Source: Marsupella aquatica (lineage: Eukaryota > Plantae > Marchantiophyta). From it: a DNA stretch of 64,000 nucleotides. Positions 62,665 through 64,000 of the stretch are shown in pieces. The stretch covers positions 22,359,168-22,423,167 of the forward strand of contig OZ316892.1 of NCBI GenBank assembly GCA_973895155.1, given 5' to 3'. The stretch's first letter is position 1, and each line of letters starts with the position of its first letter. The translations under genes were made by a program, and so were the position numbers. A model generated the notes under the pieces. That model made no database searches, was not told the DNA's origin, and worked only from the letters and a program-made list of their open reading frames with translations.

Positions 62665-62975
62665 GATAACACTTATTTATCTCACTTGCAAATTTTTTTA
62701 CCTCACCTTTGTGCCAGTTCATTTGAGGCTCTCCTTTCTCGTTGCACAAACTGGTTTAAATAAACTGTTTATCCTATTGTAATGACCATCATATAATTGA
62801 CCACAGGTTTGGAACAACACGATGATCAATGACGACATGGTTAGAACAACATACAAGATGCTTCACTAGCTTCCTTGCCTCACCTGTATTTCTTCACCTC
62901 AGCTTGACACCATGATCATAATGACCACATTCTACAATGAATGTGGAACTTTATGGTCCATTGAGCCCCAATCTG

Positions 62976-63250
62976 AGCATGAGGGTTCTTTTGGTCAGGT
63001 CCTCATTGAAAAGCCATGAGCATGAGGGTTCTTTTGGTCAAGTCCTCATTGAAAAGCCATGGGTTGTGTTACACCCTTGTCTTCTCGCTTGTCTTGAGGA
63101 CATGACTTAGTGCATTTCCAGCCTGTGCATTTTAGCAAACAGAGCATGAGGCTTCTTTTGGTCAGGTCCTTGTTGAAAAAGCCATGGGTTGTGTTACACC
63201 CTGGTCTTGAGCAAGGTCTTGAGGTGATGACTTAGTGCATTTTAGCAAAC
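62976..63250. repeat. Imperfect tandem repeat
   Basis: AGCATGAGG(G)TTCTTTTGGTCA(G/A)GTCCT..TTGAAAAGCCATG occurs three times. Confidence 0.8.
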
Positions 63251-64000
63251 ACCACATGCAATCTTGAGCTAATTATAATACCTCTACTCTATATATAAAT
63301 AGAAGACTGTGCAAATGTTCATATTTTGAATGCTAAATGAAATATCCTTTAACAACTTTCAATTGATCAAAATTGTATAAAAATATTTATCTTGGACAGC
63401 ACGTGGTTCCACTGGTTTTTTGTAGTTGACCCCCAAAGACCCTGAGAGGGAACTGTTCTACCAGTGAGAGCACAAGCTTTTTCTCAAAACAAGCACTTTT
63501 CTTGTGTTCAATGAGTGTATTTGGGCTCATAATGCCCACAATCATTGCAAAAAATTTGAGAGGAATAGTGGTCATAATCTACAAAAGGGCCAAATCAAAG
63601 TACAATGAAGGGAAAACAAAACAGTTCCAAAGAGTAAAACACTAAACACTAAAAAACAGGCAAATACAACCATGAAAATCAAGAACAGGAAAAGGAAAAT
63701 AGAGGGAAAAACTACCACTACAATCATGTGATGAGCTAATAGTCCACATGCAAAAGTCTCATGAGCTAATTGTCCACATCTACCATTGCAGCTAAATCTG
63801 CAAGTGGGAAATGGATGGCCTCTAAGGGTGCAACGTACCTCAACAACTGAAGCACATTAGTACCTACACCAAAAGACCTAAGATAGAGTGCCCAAGCTTG
63901 AGCATTTGTTATGTCACTGAAAGTTGCTGAAGTGTCTGGTCAATACAAATCGTGATGGCTTAATGGAATTACCCTTCCAAGAATGTCTGAAGTTGCCTGT

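Overview
This is eukaryotic land-plant DNA with GT-AG introns and TATA boxes; a bryophyte/liverwort origin is only my inference. Most of the window is nested, decaying transposons around a few host genes. The host genes are a two-exon plantacyanin-type blue copper protein (18041-18730) and a family of unannotated 24-25 aa acidic micropeptide ORFs (consensus MDPNDMFYGDDAPAWLTASxGDDxC). That family has 9 intact copies plus relics: a singleton, a ~178-bp-period tandem array behind one TATA box, and a head-to-head pair. The transposons are a complete CACTA element (5231-17158, TSD CTA) inserted in a gypsy RT relic, a PIF/Harbinger element, solo LTRs, an 8-bp-TSD MITE family and a ~13.5 kb DUF7869/Sola-like DNA transposon. 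Three elements carry chromatin- or DNA-modifying cargo. The CACTA has a SET-domain exon that can share the first transposase exon. A partial element has an EDM2-like PHD relic. The Sola-like element has a spliced ParB-like + beta-class amino (N6A/N4C) DNA methyltransferase gene, and its non-coding DNA is studded with a 16-bp palindrome (CCGATAAATTTATCGG). All assignments come from reading motifs by eye; no database searches were run.
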